Source of the DNA: Christensenellaceae bacterium Phil7
GTDB taxonomy: Bacteria > Bacillota > Clostridia > Christensenellales > CAG-138
Length of the DNA stretch: 64,000 bases
Assembly: GCA_001940845.1 (NCBI GenBank)
Contig: MSGV01000023.1
Coordinates: forward strand, 146,312 to 210,311
Direction: 5' to 3'
Position 1 is the first letter of the stretch; every line of letters starts with the position of its first letter. The notes under the pieces were generated by a model, which worked only from the letters and a program-made list of their open reading frames with translations, was not told the DNA's origin and made no database searches. Position numbers and translations under genes: made by a program. Positions 1 to 8,401 of this stretch are shown in pieces.

Positions 1-251
1 CTGCTATAGAGGCCGCAGATGTGGTTATAATGGATGATAATCTGGAAAAAATACCAAAGGCGATCGCCATTTCTAAAAATACAGTCAAAATAGCATGGCA
101 AAATATAATTTTTGCGCTGGCGGTCAAGTTTATCGTGCTGATACTGGGCATATTTGGTATTGCAGAGATGTGGATTGCGCTCTTTGCGGATGTTGGGGTA
201 TGTTTGCTGGCCGTACTAAATTCAATGCGAGCACTGTCCATAGAAAAATAG
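1..251 (+). CDS. heavy-metal translocating P-type (P1B) ATPase, C-terminal fragment (5' end outside window)
   Basis: Open from the window edge in frame 3. Translation AIEAADVVIMDDNLEKIPKAIAISKNTVKIAWQNIIFALAVKF... matches the conserved hinge (ADVVLMxDDL) and last two TM helices of CadA/ZntA/CopA-type pumps. Stop at 249-251. Confidence 0.75.
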   Translation, partial: AIEAADVVIMDDNLEKIPKAIAISKNTVKIAWQNIIFALAVKFIVLILGIFGIAEMWIALFADVGVCLLAVLNSMRALSIEK

Positions 252-442
252 ATTTTCACTATAATCTAAGCTTCGAATACAATATTCTGGAAGTCATGTC
301 CGGATGAATGGTATTCGGAGCTTCTATATTTTCAGGGAGGAGATGCTTATGCACAGAATGCAATGCAGTTGCTATATATGCAGAAGTTTCCAAACAACAT
401 GAAATATACAGGCATTTTAACGTAAAAACCAACATAATACAC

Positions 443-471
443 TTGAAAAAAGAAACCGTGATGATTATAAT
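443..471 (+). promoter_or_regulatory. sigma-70-type promoter for the acyl-CoA dehydrogenase/etfBA operon
   Basis: TTGAAA (443-448), 17-nt spacer, TATAAT (466-471), about 80 nt upstream of ATG 553. Confidence 0.5.
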
Positions 472-552
472 AAAATAGCATCATTGGGTAACGATGCCGA
501 GTGAATCGCTCGGATGTTCGTTGGCTTGTTTTAATTATGAAAGGAGTTAATA

Positions 553-1692
553 ATGGATTTTAACCTTTCCAAAGAGCAGGAGCTCATAAGGCAGCTCGTG
601 CATGATTTTGCAGAAAATGAGGTCAAGCCCCTCGCTGCTGAAATCGACGAACAAGAACGCTTTCCCCGTGAAACCGTAGAGAAGATGGCAAATATTGGAC
701 TGTTTGGCATAAATATTCCAAAGCAGTATGGCGGTGCAGGTGGAGACTATCTCAGCTATATCATCGCAATCGAAGAGCTTGCAAAGGTATGCGCAACAAC
801 GGCTATCATACTCAGTGCTCATAATTCATTGTGCTGTGGCCCGATACTTACATACGGTACAGAAGAGCAGAAGCAGAAGTATCTCGTACCGCTGGCAAAG
901 GGTGAAAAGCTTGGTGCCTTCGGGCTTACGGAGCCGAACGCCGGTACGGATTCCGCCGCTCAACAGACGGTTGCAGTGCTCGATGGTGACCACTGGGTGA
1001 TAAATGGTAGCAAGTGCTTTATCACTAATGGTGGGCAGGCGGATGTCTACGTCATTTTTGCCATGACTGATAAGGCAAAGGGAAATAAGGGAATCTCCGC
1101 TTTCATCGTTGAGAAGGATGCTCCCGGATTCTCAATCGGCAAGATTGAACATAAGCTGGGCATTCGCGCAAGTGCAACTGCTGAGCTTATCTTTGAAGAT
1201 TGCATCATTCCGAAGGAAAATCTGCTGGGTGAGGTCAATAAGGGATTCAAGGTTGCAATGGGCACCTTGGATGGCGGCCGCATCGGCGTTTCAGCTCAGG
1301 CGCTTGGAATTGCAGAGGGCGCATTCGATGAAACCGTTAAGTATATGAAAGAAAGGGTGCAGTTCAGAAAGACCCTTTCATCATTCCAGGGGCTTCAGTG
1401 GATGTGTGCAGATATGAAGTGTGCAATCGAAAGCGCAAAGCTCCTCGTTTATAGGGCAGCAATGTGCAAACAAAACGGTAAATCTTATACCGAAGAAGCG
1501 GCAATGGCCAAGCTTGTTGCTGCAAATACAGCAATGGATGTGACAACGAAATGCGTACAGCTCCATGGAGGTTATGGTTATTCAAGAGAGTATCCGATCG
1601 AGCGTATGATGCGTGATGCTAAGATCACAGAGATATATGAAGGTACCTCTCAGGTGCAGCAAATGGTCATCTCCGGTCGTATTTTCAAATAA
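553..1692 (+). CDS. acyl-CoA dehydrogenase (butyryl-CoA dehydrogenase / CarC-like)
   Basis: 379 aa. RBS AAAGGAG upstream. ACAD motifs (GLTEPNAGTDS, FITNGG, YEGTSQVQ) and overall Bcd-like sequence. Immediately followed by etfB and etfA. Confidence 0.9.
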   Translation: MDFNLSKEQELIRQLVHDFAENEVKPLAAEIDEQERFPRETVEKMANIGLFGINIPKQYGGAGGDYLSYIIAIEELAKVCATTAIILSAHNSLCCGPILTYGTEEQKQKYLVPLAKGEKLGAFGLTEPNAGTDSAAQQTVAVLDGDHWVINGSKCFITNGGQADVYVIFAMTDKAKGNKGISAFIVEKDAPGFSIGKIEHKLGIRASATAELIFEDCIIPKENLLGEVNKGFKVAMGTLDGGRIGVSAQALGIAEGAFDETVKYMKERVQFRKTLSSFQGLQWMCADMKCAIESAKLLVYRAAMCKQNGKSYTEEAAMAKLVAANTAMDVTTKCVQLHGGYGYSREYPIERMMRDAKITEIYEGTSQVQQMVISGRIFK

Positions 1693-1706
1693 TGGAGGAA
1701 CGCAAG

Positions 1707-2492
1707 ATGAAAATTATTGTATGTATAAAACAGGTTCCCGATACCACTGAGGTTAAGCTTGATCCGAAGACGGGCAGATTGATCCGCGATGGTGTTCCAA
1801 GCATAATAAATCCTGATGATAAGAATGCGCTTGAAGAGGCGCTGCGCATTAAGGATAATAATCCCAATACTACGGTCACCGTCATTTCAATGGGTCCCCC
1901 TCAGGCAGATGTTGCAATGCGCGAGGCATTGGCGATGGGCGCCGATGAGGCTATTTTGATCAGCGGCAGGGAATTTGGTGGTTCCGATACTTGGGCGACT
2001 TCCTATATTATTGCAACTGCAATTAAAAAGATCCCCGATTTTGATATTATCCTTTGCGGCAGGCAGGCAATTGATGGAGATACTGCGCAGGTAGGTCCGC
2101 AGATTGCTGAGCAGCTCAATATTCCGCAGATCACCTATGTTCAGAATCTGGTTGTCGAGGGTGATAAGGTCATAGCTCAACGTCAGCTTGAGGATGGCTA
2201 TGCAGTGGTTGAGGCCAAGATGCCGGTTCTCCTTACCGCTATAAAGGAACTCAATATTCCAAGATATATGACTCCTGCCGGAATATTCAATGCATATAAG
2301 CAGGAAGTTAAGATCTGGGGTTTTGCGGATGTTCCTGTAGATCCCGAGAAGATCGGTCTTAAAGGCTCGCCAACCAATGTAAACAGGACCTTTAGCCCGG
2401 AAGCAAAGGGTCAGGGTATCATGCTGGAAGGCGCTGATAGGGCATCTGTAAAAAAGCTCGTCGATTGTCTCGATGAGAAGCATCTGCTCTAA
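1707..2492 (+). CDS. etfB: electron transfer flavoprotein subunit beta
   Basis: Starts MKIIVCIKQVPDT after RBS GGAGGAA, so the track start at 1692 is probably too early. Contains GRQAIDGDTAQVGPQIAE, typical of bifurcating-type EtfB. Confidence 0.9.
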   Translation: MKIIVCIKQVPDTTEVKLDPKTGRLIRDGVPSIINPDDKNALEEALRIKDNNPNTTVTVISMGPPQADVAMREALAMGADEAILISGREFGGSDTWATSYIIATAIKKIPDFDIILCGRQAIDGDTAQVGPQIAEQLNIPQITYVQNLVVEGDKVIAQRQLEDGYAVVEAKMPVLLTAIKELNIPRYMTPAGIFNAYKQEVKIWGFADVPVDPEKIGLKGSPTNVNRTFSPEAKGQGIMLEGADRASVKKLVDCLDEKHLL

Positions 2493-2510
2493 TATGGGGA
2501 GGTAATAACA

Positions 2511-3698
2511 ATGTCAGTTAAAGTTATCGTTGAAAAATGTATTGGCTGCGGTGCTTGTGAAGCAGGCTGTCCTGTAGGAGCGATCGATGTTTCAAGCGGA
2601 CATGCAGTTATATCGGATACCTGCATAGGCTGCGGCGCTTGTGTTAATAATTGCCCATGTGAGGCGATTGAAGCGGATGCTGTTGAAAAGCAGGAGGTTT
2701 CTCTTGCGGATTATCATGGGGTATGGGTATTCGCAGAGCAGCGTGATGGTGCGCTCATGAGCACTGTTGCAGAACTGCTGGGCGAAGGTCGCAAACTTGC
2801 AGATAAGCTTGGCGTTGAATTATCGGCCGTTCTCCTTGGCAGCGGCATTGAGAATCTTGCGGATGAGCTGGGTGCATATGGTGCAGATCGAGTAATCATT
2901 GCTGATTCAGTCCTGCTCAAGGATTATAATACCGAAGCATATGCAAAAGTAATAGTCGATCTTGTGCATGAACGTATGCCGGAAATCATGCTCATAGGTG
3001 CAACAAACATTGGAAGGGATCTTGGTCCTCGTCTTTCTGCAAGACTTTATACCGGTCTGACTGCCGATTGCACAGCATTGGATATCGATCCTGAGACAAA
3101 GGGTCTGCTTCAGACACGTCCTGCTTTTGGCGGCAATGTAATGGCAACTATTATCACTCCGAACCATCGTCCACAGATGTCAACCGTTCGTCCAGGTGTC
3201 ATGAAGAGGGCTGATTATCGGCCTGAGCATAAGGCTATCATTGATAGGGCGGCATTTGATCTCGAAGAGAACGATATTCGAACCAAGGTGATTGAAACTG
3301 TAAAATCACTCAAGCAGACGGTAAATCTTGTTGAAGCCGACGTAATCGTTGCAGGCGGCAGGGGCGTTGGCAGTGCCGAGGGCTTTAAGTTAATTGAAGA
3401 ATTGGCGAAGGTGCTTGGCGGCGTTGTAGGCGCGAGCCGTGCGGCTGTTGAAGCTGGATATATTTCTGCCGATCATCAGGTCGGTCAAACCGGTAAGACG
3501 GTTCGTCCGAGAATCTATGTTGCTTGCGGAATATCCGGTGCAATCCAGCATCTTGCAGGTATGCAGAATAGCCAGTGTATAATTGCGATAAACAAGAATG
3601 CAGATGCTCCGATCTTTGGTGTTGCGGATTACGGAATGTGTGGAGATTTGTATAAGGTGATTCCTATGCTCATTGAAGAGCTCAAGACCAGAAACTGA
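2511..3698 (+). CDS. etfA: electron transfer flavoprotein subunit alpha with N-terminal 2x[4Fe-4S] ferredoxin domain
   Basis: 395 aa. The N-terminal ~60 aa carry CIGCGACEAGCP and CIGCGACVNNCP. The remainder is a canonical EtfA (GGRGVGS, YVACGISGAIQHLAGM). Confidence 0.9.
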   Translation: MSVKVIVEKCIGCGACEAGCPVGAIDVSSGHAVISDTCIGCGACVNNCPCEAIEADAVEKQEVSLADYHGVWVFAEQRDGALMSTVAELLGEGRKLADKLGVELSAVLLGSGIENLADELGAYGADRVIIADSVLLKDYNTEAYAKVIVDLVHERMPEIMLIGATNIGRDLGPRLSARLYTGLTADCTALDIDPETKGLLQTRPAFGGNVMATIITPNHRPQMSTVRPGVMKRADYRPEHKAIIDRAAFDLEENDIRTKVIETVKSLKQTVNLVEADVIVAGGRGVGSAEGFKLIEELAKVLGGVVGASRAAVEAGYISADHQVGQTGKTVRPRIYVACGISGAIQHLAGMQNSQCIIAINKNADAPIFGVADYGMCGDLYKVIPMLIEELKTRN

Positions 3699-3718
3699 TT
3701 AAATTAATCAAATAACGA

Positions 3719-3761
3719 CAATGCGGCCGATACGAATCCTTTCGTTTGGCCGCATTGTTTT
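3719..3761. terminator. bidirectional intrinsic terminator between etfA and the convergent ACP-like gene
   Basis: 10-bp stem CAATGCGGCC (3719-3728) / GGCCGCATTG (3748-3757) followed by TTTT. Confidence 0.7.
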
Positions 3762-3773
3762 ATAGAATTGCAA

Positions 3774-3992
3774 TCAGGCAATGATATGGCTTACGATATC
3801 GTTTAAAGTATGCATTTCGCTATCAGCATCATCAATGATTATATCGAAGGTTTCTTCAAGTTCATTTAAAAGCTCAGCGAAATCAAGTCTTCCGAGTCCA
3901 AGTTCTGAGAGATCCGAATCTGGATTGATTCGGGCTGCATCAACACCGGTTGTGCTGCTTATGAGCTGTCTTACAGCTTCAAGGTCGTTCAT
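3774..3992 (-). CDS. acyl carrier protein-like protein (PP-binding fold, attachment Ser replaced)
   Basis: 72 aa from MNDLEAVRQL (RBS GGAG upstream of ATG at 3992). Aligns along its length with ACP (LSELGLGRLDFAELLNELEETFD versus E. coli [24 protein letters not shown]), but the DSL serine position is GRL. Confidence 0.6.
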   Translation of the reverse strand: MNDLEAVRQLISSTTGVDAARINPDSDLSELGLGRLDFAELLNELEETFDIIIDDADSEMHTLNDIVSHIIA

Positions 3993-4083
3993 AGTTTGCT
4001 CCTTAAAAAATAATGAATAATGAAAAATGAATAATTTAACGATGAAAAACATCGCTATATGCAAAATCTATTGCACAAATTGG

Positions 4084-4149
4084 ATTTTATCACATTTTTT
4101 CCGATTGTCAATCGGTTATATTGCTAAAATGTTATGATTGGAGTATAAT
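4084..4149. promoter_or_regulatory. divergent promoter region with a 7-1-7 palindrome
   Basis: Plus strand: TTGCTA (4121-4126), 17 nt, TATAAT (4144-4149). Minus strand: TTGACA (complement of 4106-4111), 16 nt, TAAAAT (complement of 4084-4089). Palindrome CCGATTGTCAATCGG at 4101-4115 overlaps the minus-strand -35. Confidence 0.45.
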
Positions 4150-4217
4150 GGGTAAAAGAAATTGGGAAAAGGTTGACAATTGAATACCACTACCGATTAT
4201 GAAAGCGAAGGGAGAAA

Positions 4218-5159
4218 ATGATAAGGGAGAAAGCTAAAAATATTCATACGAGGGCTAAGCACGGCAGAATACCGGGCATTATCATTGCTATATCTATCGT
4301 TATCGTCATAGTTCTCGCCGCATTTATGTTGGATGAAGCTGGGACGATCGATTTGAGTGCTATATTTGGCGGCAGAAAGCAGCTTGGCGATGGAACGCTC
4401 AGAATGTACACTATCGATGTCGGTCATGGCGATAGTATGCTCATTGTTTCTCCGGGAGGAAAAACAATGCTCGTCGATGCTGGAGATGAAAATTCGTACG
4501 ATGCGGTTAAGGGTGTATTGGATGAGCTCGGTGTATCCGAACTTGATATCGTCATCGCAACCCACCCGCATAAGGATCATATTGGTTCAATGGAGAAAAT
4601 AATTCGGGATTATAAAACGGGGATACTTTTCAGACCAAATGTACAATATGATTCTAAACCATATAAAAAACTCATCGATGCTGCATACGAGCTTCAATTG
4701 GAAATGAAGTATGCATATGGCGGAGATGAGATTGAATGGGATGAAGATTGCAGGGTAAGAGTGCTGGCACCGGTAAAAGACGGCGTTTATTCTCCTGATG
4801 ATATGAACGAATGGAGCATTATTTTACGGATCGAGTATGGAGAAAATGCAATTCTGTTGGCGGGAGATGCTGATATATATAGCGAACAGTTGGCGATGCT
4901 GAATAGCGAAGAGGGTCTTTTTAAGGCTGATGTACTCAAAGTTGCGCATCATGGATCATCTTCATCGACCGGAGAAGGATTCATTCAGGCTGTTTCACCG
5001 ATTTATGCCGTTGTTTCGCTCGGATCGGAGGATGGTCATAAAGCGATAACGGATGAGCTCGCTAGAAGTGGAGTGACTGTATATAGAACCGACAGGGTGG
5101 GGACGATAATCGCTGTGCTGACGGGAGCAGGGGTTGAAGTATACCCATACGGAAAGTAG
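4218..5159 (+). CDS. membrane-anchored MBL-fold metallo-hydrolase (ComEC/Rec2 C-terminal domain-like)
   Basis: 313 aa. N-terminal TM helix (IIIAISIVIVIVLAAF), then DVGHGDSMLI and ATHPHKDHIG (HxHxDH), DADIYSE, VAHHGS. Confidence 0.75.
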   Translation: MIREKAKNIHTRAKHGRIPGIIIAISIVIVIVLAAFMLDEAGTIDLSAIFGGRKQLGDGTLRMYTIDVGHGDSMLIVSPGGKTMLVDAGDENSYDAVKGVLDELGVSELDIVIATHPHKDHIGSMEKIIRDYKTGILFRPNVQYDSKPYKKLIDAAYELQLEMKYAYGGDEIEWDEDCRVRVLAPVKDGVYSPDDMNEWSIILRIEYGENAILLAGDADIYSEQLAMLNSEEGLFKADVLKVAHHGSSSSTGEGFIQAVSPIYAVVSLGSEDGHKAITDELARSGVTVYRTDRVGTIIAVLTGAGVEVYPYGK

Positions 5160-5177
5160 AAAGAGAGGTACGCAATA

Positions 5178-5864
5178 ATGGAAACACATAAAACTAAGGA
5201 AATTTCAACTAAATTTAATTTCTCAAAACCGCTTTGCTTAATTTTTGCGCTGATGCTTTTATTCACAATGTTTATGCCATGGTTTAGGTTCAGCGCAAAA
5301 TACGAAACGGGGGGATTAACCGTATTAAATATGAATATTGAGGCAGCAATTTTCAGTCTACAGCAGCGCTTCAGCGAAACGGTAGACCTTTTGCATAATT
5401 ATGGAGGTTTGGCCGGGGTCAGCATGAATGAGTACGATGAAATAATATGGATGGTAAATGGAATACTTCTTTTAATAACGGCGGTATTCCTGCTGATCGC
5501 ATTCAGCATTTTGCTGTTCGGCTTGATCGGAACATTCAGCGGAGGAAAAGCCAGGTATTTCTTCGCCCGTCTTGGAGGGACCTTGCTTATAATAATGACA
5601 TTTTCTGTTCTGATAATAGGCATTTTTGGAGGACAATATCTGCGCGACATGATGAGCATGGTTGACAAAAGCTATGGAATTGATGTATCGTTTGGAATAA
5701 CATTCTGGCCTGCAATAACGCTGGTTTCAGCCATTGCATTTAGGATATGGGGTATAAAGCTGCTGAGAAAACTGAACTATAGAAGCAGTATCGCCAGGGG
5801 TCGGATGGAAATTGCAGAGCGTGAATATGCGATGCTTCATGGAACTAAATTTAGCGAACAATAG
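5178..5864 (+). CDS. hypothetical multi-pass membrane protein
   Basis: 228 aa with about 4 hydrophobic helices. RBS AGAGAGG. No recognisable motif. Confidence 0.5.
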   Translation: METHKTKEISTKFNFSKPLCLIFALMLLFTMFMPWFRFSAKYETGGLTVLNMNIEAAIFSLQQRFSETVDLLHNYGGLAGVSMNEYDEIIWMVNGILLLITAVFLLIAFSILLFGLIGTFSGGKARYFFARLGGTLLIIMTFSVLIIGIFGGQYLRDMMSMVDKSYGIDVSFGITFWPAITLVSAIAFRIWGIKLLRKLNYRSSIARGRMEIAEREYAMLHGTKFSEQ

Positions 5865-5881
5865 CTTAAATTAATATTCAT

Positions 5882-5916
5882 AACAGCAGGTCTGAGAGCT
5901 TTTCAGGCCTGCTGTT
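5882..5916 (+). terminator. stem-loop downstream of the 5178-5864 gene
   Basis: AACAGCAGG (5882-5890) / CCTGCTGTT (5908-5916). Weak T tail. Confidence 0.4.
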
Positions 5917-5989
5917 AGCTTATAGTTATAAATAATAGAATCTGCTTCTGCATAAAATAATCCTGATACTTAAAGAGAGGTGATGGATT

Positions 5990-6718
5990 ATGAGTGAAAG
6001 GCGCAGTGGGATGAGTGTTGTGCTTTTTTCATTTATATGGCTTGCAGTTACGGTAGGGACGGTATTGATTATGCTTAATAGCAGTGGATCCATATTGCCG
6101 CCGGGTAGGGAGGCGAATGCGGGTAATCAGGAGACGAGCAGGGGCGAAACGCCGCTGCTCGATGAGGTTGATAAGCGAAAGGATTGGGGAAAAGTTCCAT
6201 ATGCCTATGAGGATGAAGGAAAGTATATTGAAGGTGAGCATAATCCCAATGAGGGAAATGACTTCGACTTGCCTGATGAAGCTTTGGAACCAATCAAGAA
6301 TCTTTGCCTCTTTTTGATGAATGGCGGCTCTGCTAATTTAAAGAAAGTGCTGCCGCCTGAATATGTGGATACTCTGCTCAACAAATTTGAACTGCTAACA
6401 AGCGTATTGGGTGGCGAGGATGCAGTGATAGAATCCGTTCTAAAGCTTAAATTTGGTTCAATAATAGAAAAATCAGGAGCTATTAATGGAATCGATTATG
6501 AGGTGCAGAAGGGAAAGCGGCTAGAGGGCAAAGAATTTGATGAGATGATGGATAAATTGATCGAATCAGGAGTAGAATGCGATGTGGATGATGCCTATAG
6601 GATAAAAATCAGACTCTTTATCGATGGGGATAAGGAAATGGTCAAAAATGATTATACATTTAGCGTGTTCAAAACCAATGGGAAATGGTATATCAGTCCA
6701 GATGGGCTTTCCATATAA
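5990..6718 (+). CDS. hypothetical protein with N-terminal TM/signal anchor
   Basis: 242 aa. RBS GAGAGGTGA. N-terminal hydrophobic segment (VVLFSFIWLAVTVGTVLIML), then an acidic linker and a small globular C-terminal domain. Confidence 0.5.
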   Translation: MSERRSGMSVVLFSFIWLAVTVGTVLIMLNSSGSILPPGREANAGNQETSRGETPLLDEVDKRKDWGKVPYAYEDEGKYIEGEHNPNEGNDFDLPDEALEPIKNLCLFLMNGGSANLKKVLPPEYVDTLLNKFELLTSVLGGEDAVIESVLKLKFGSIIEKSGAINGIDYEVQKGKRLEGKEFDEMMDKLIESGVECDVDDAYRIKIRLFIDGDKEMVKNDYTFSVFKTNGKWYISPDGLSI

Positions 6719-6738
6719 AATTGCTTTTATTTAGAAAT

Positions 6739-6765
6739 TGAGCCATGGAATTATTCCATGGCTCA
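6739..6765. terminator. bidirectional terminator hairpin between convergent genes
   Basis: Perfect 13-bp arms TGAGCCATGGAAT / ATTCCATGGCTCA, followed by AAATTTTT. Confidence 0.7.
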
Positions 6766-6780
6766 GTAAATTTTTAATCG

Positions 6781-8265
6781 TTAGCTAATAATACCGAGTG
6801 CAACGCCAATTTGATCGATATACTTATCTCTCATATTGATCTTGGTATCAGCTGTCCATTCCTTTACGGCATCATTATAATGATTATCCTGAAGCTCCTT
6901 AAGGCGATATTCCTTAATATTGCTCCAAATCTTATCATCATCGCTGCGTTCGAACGTGATCTTACCGGAAGCGAGATCTTCGTTTACGAATACAAAATGC
7001 ACACCATAGTTTGTTTCGACCTTAACAACGGTCTTATCCTGCCCATCAGCATCTTTAATGGTATAGTAGACAAGCTTATAATCCTTGGCTTCTTCTTCCT
7101 CAGAATCTTTATCAGAATCCTTGCCGGTATCCTTGTCATCAGTGCTCTTATCAGAGTCCTTATCCTTATCGTCCTTATCTTCTTCCTTTTTAGGCTCCCA
7201 ATCCTTACCATCATGAGCCTTCATTGCAGCATAACCGAAACCATCAGTATATTTGCTTATGAGTTCCTCATGCATAACGTAACCTGTATCATGATACAAG
7301 CCGGCATCACGCTTATCTTCACCTTCTGTGATTTCGGACTGAACGCCTTCGTCCTCGCCAAGCTCATCGATGAGCTTCTGGAACTCTTCAACGGTCAGAG
7401 TGCCGCTGTCAAGTGCTGTGATAACTTCATCGATCTTTTCCTTAGCATCCTTATCAAAGACACCATATTCCCCATCCAGACCACCGTCAGGAACCTTGGG
7501 ATGCTCTGTTTTAGCACTTGAACCGCTGCCGCTGGTCTCATCCTGAGTGGTATACTTCACGAGCAGGTGATTGACCAGGAAAACGCCGTCAGGAATGCTG
7601 AAGGGGATAATACCGGAATCGGTCAAATACTTGTTATAGGCAGTATAGAATTCATCGATATGCTCGATATCGTATGCTTCCTTATCCTTTTCATACTGAT
7701 CTTCAAAGTATTTGTATGCATCATCATCTGAAAGGGTGATGGTATCATCTTCAATCTTTCTGAGCATATCAAGAAGATGCCCCTCGGTTACATCCTTCTC
7801 GAGATCATCCATATATTTTTTGAAAGAAGAGCCATTCTTTTTAAGAGCAGCCTTGAATTGCTCAAGCTTTGCTTCATAAATCGCGTCTTCATCGGTGATG
7901 CTTTCGTCGACCTTGTAGCCGGAAATAGCAGAATCCAAGGATTCCTGAATCTTCTCTTGGATTTCAGCCCTATCTTCATCGGTCAGCTTGTCCTCAAGAC
8001 CAAGCTCATGAACTCTATTAAGGGTTACACCGTAGTTGATGAGCTGGTTCTTGATAAGAGCATGAACGGTCTTACCATCCATCTGCCCTTGCTGGAGGGC
8101 ATAATAGTAGTTTGAAAGGTTGCTGGAATACATACTGTAGTATATCTTAACGTCACCGACTTTGCCGATCAGCGGATTATTGTTGACCGCAGAACAGGCG
8201 ATAGCAGACGACAGCATAAGAACCGCAATAACGATTGCGACCAGCTTGAAAAGGTGTTTTCTCAT
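6781..8265 (-). CDS. lipoprotein, PrsA/SurA-like peptidyl-prolyl isomerase (parvulin-like) with an acidic low-complexity insert
   Basis: Start MRKHLFKLVAIVIAVLMLSSAIAC (lipobox LSSAIAC) after RBS GGAGA. A minus-strand promoter sits inside the longer track ORF. SurA_N-like N-terminus, parvulin-like NHLLV...YGVHFVFV, and a 40-aa K/D/S/E-rich stretch. Confidence 0.55.
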   Translation of the reverse strand: MRKHLFKLVAIVIAVLMLSSAIACSAVNNNPLIGKVGDVKIYYSMYSSNLSNYYYALQQGQMDGKTVHALIKNQLINYGVTLNRVHELGLEDKLTDEDRAEIQEKIQESLDSAISGYKVDESITDEDAIYEAKLEQFKAALKKNGSSFKKYMDDLEKDVTEGHLLDMLRKIEDDTITLSDDDAYKYFEDQYEKDKEAYDIEHIDEFYTAYNKYLTDSGIIPFSIPDGVFLVNHLLVKYTTQDETSGSGSSAKTEHPKVPDGGLDGEYGVFDKDAKEKIDEVITALDSGTLTVEEFQKLIDELGEDEGVQSEITEGEDKRDAGLYHDTGYVMHEELISKYTDGFGYAAMKAHDGKDWEPKKEEDKDDKDKDSDKSTDDKDTGKDSDKDSEEEEAKDYKLVYYTIKDADGQDKTVVKVETNYGVHFVFVNEDLASGKITFERSDDDKIWSNIKEYRLKELQDNHYNDAVKEWTADTKINMRDKYIDQIGVALGIIS

Positions 8266-8299
8266 AACAATCTCCTTTGTTGAATCGAAATTCTTATAC

Positions 8300-8328
8300 A
8301 TTTTAATGGTTAGGAGCTAATTTGTCAA
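8300..8328 (-). promoter_or_regulatory. sigma-70-type promoter of the PrsA-like lipoprotein gene
   Basis: Minus strand TTGACA (complement of 8323-8328), 17 nt, TAAAAT (complement of 8300-8305). Confidence 0.5.
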
Positions 8329-8401
8329 TACCAAAATCCATTTTAAGCGATTTTTGTTGCAAATTAGCTCTAAATAAAAATTATACATTCAAAACTTGGA
8401 A

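Noticed and set aside
343-402. Small Cys-rich ORF (MLMHRMQCSCYICRSFQTT, 19 aa; a GGGAGGAG RBS-like run upstream) just downstream of the heavy-metal ATPase gene. Briefly considered as a metal-binding peptide or leader.
   Set aside because: It is very short, the RBS abuts the first ATG, conservation cannot be assessed, and it sits upstream of the bcd promoter in a region where such an ORF arises easily by chance.
472-552. Possible Rex (NADH-sensing) operator upstream of the acyl-CoA dehydrogenase/etf operon (TTGTTTTAATTATGAAA near 523-540).
   Set aside because: It is not palindromic and matches the TTGTGAA-N6-TTCACAA type consensus poorly.
1887-2483. Long antisense ORFs inside well-supported genes. 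Examples are 1887-2483(-), 19824-20504(-), 26396-27016(-), 32399-32992(-), 36675-37727(-), 56292-56828(-), 56906-57430(-) and 61176-61667(-).
   Set aside because: They lie fully within, and opposite to, genes with unmistakable family motifs. They lack RBSs and their translations have odd composition, so they are shadow ORFs.
4218-5159. Stand-alone ComEC-type MBL domain protein considered as evidence for a split or novel competence system.
   Set aside because: Membrane-anchored MBL-only ComEC-like proteins are common in Clostridia. No other com genes are nearby, and nothing unusual is visible in the motifs.
7081-7200. Repetitive CTTATC/GTCCTT-rich DNA that looked at first like a short tandem-repeat or CRISPR-like tract.
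   Set aside because: It is in frame within the PrsA-like CDS and encodes a K/D/S/E low-complexity segment. It has no regular repeat-spacer periodicity.
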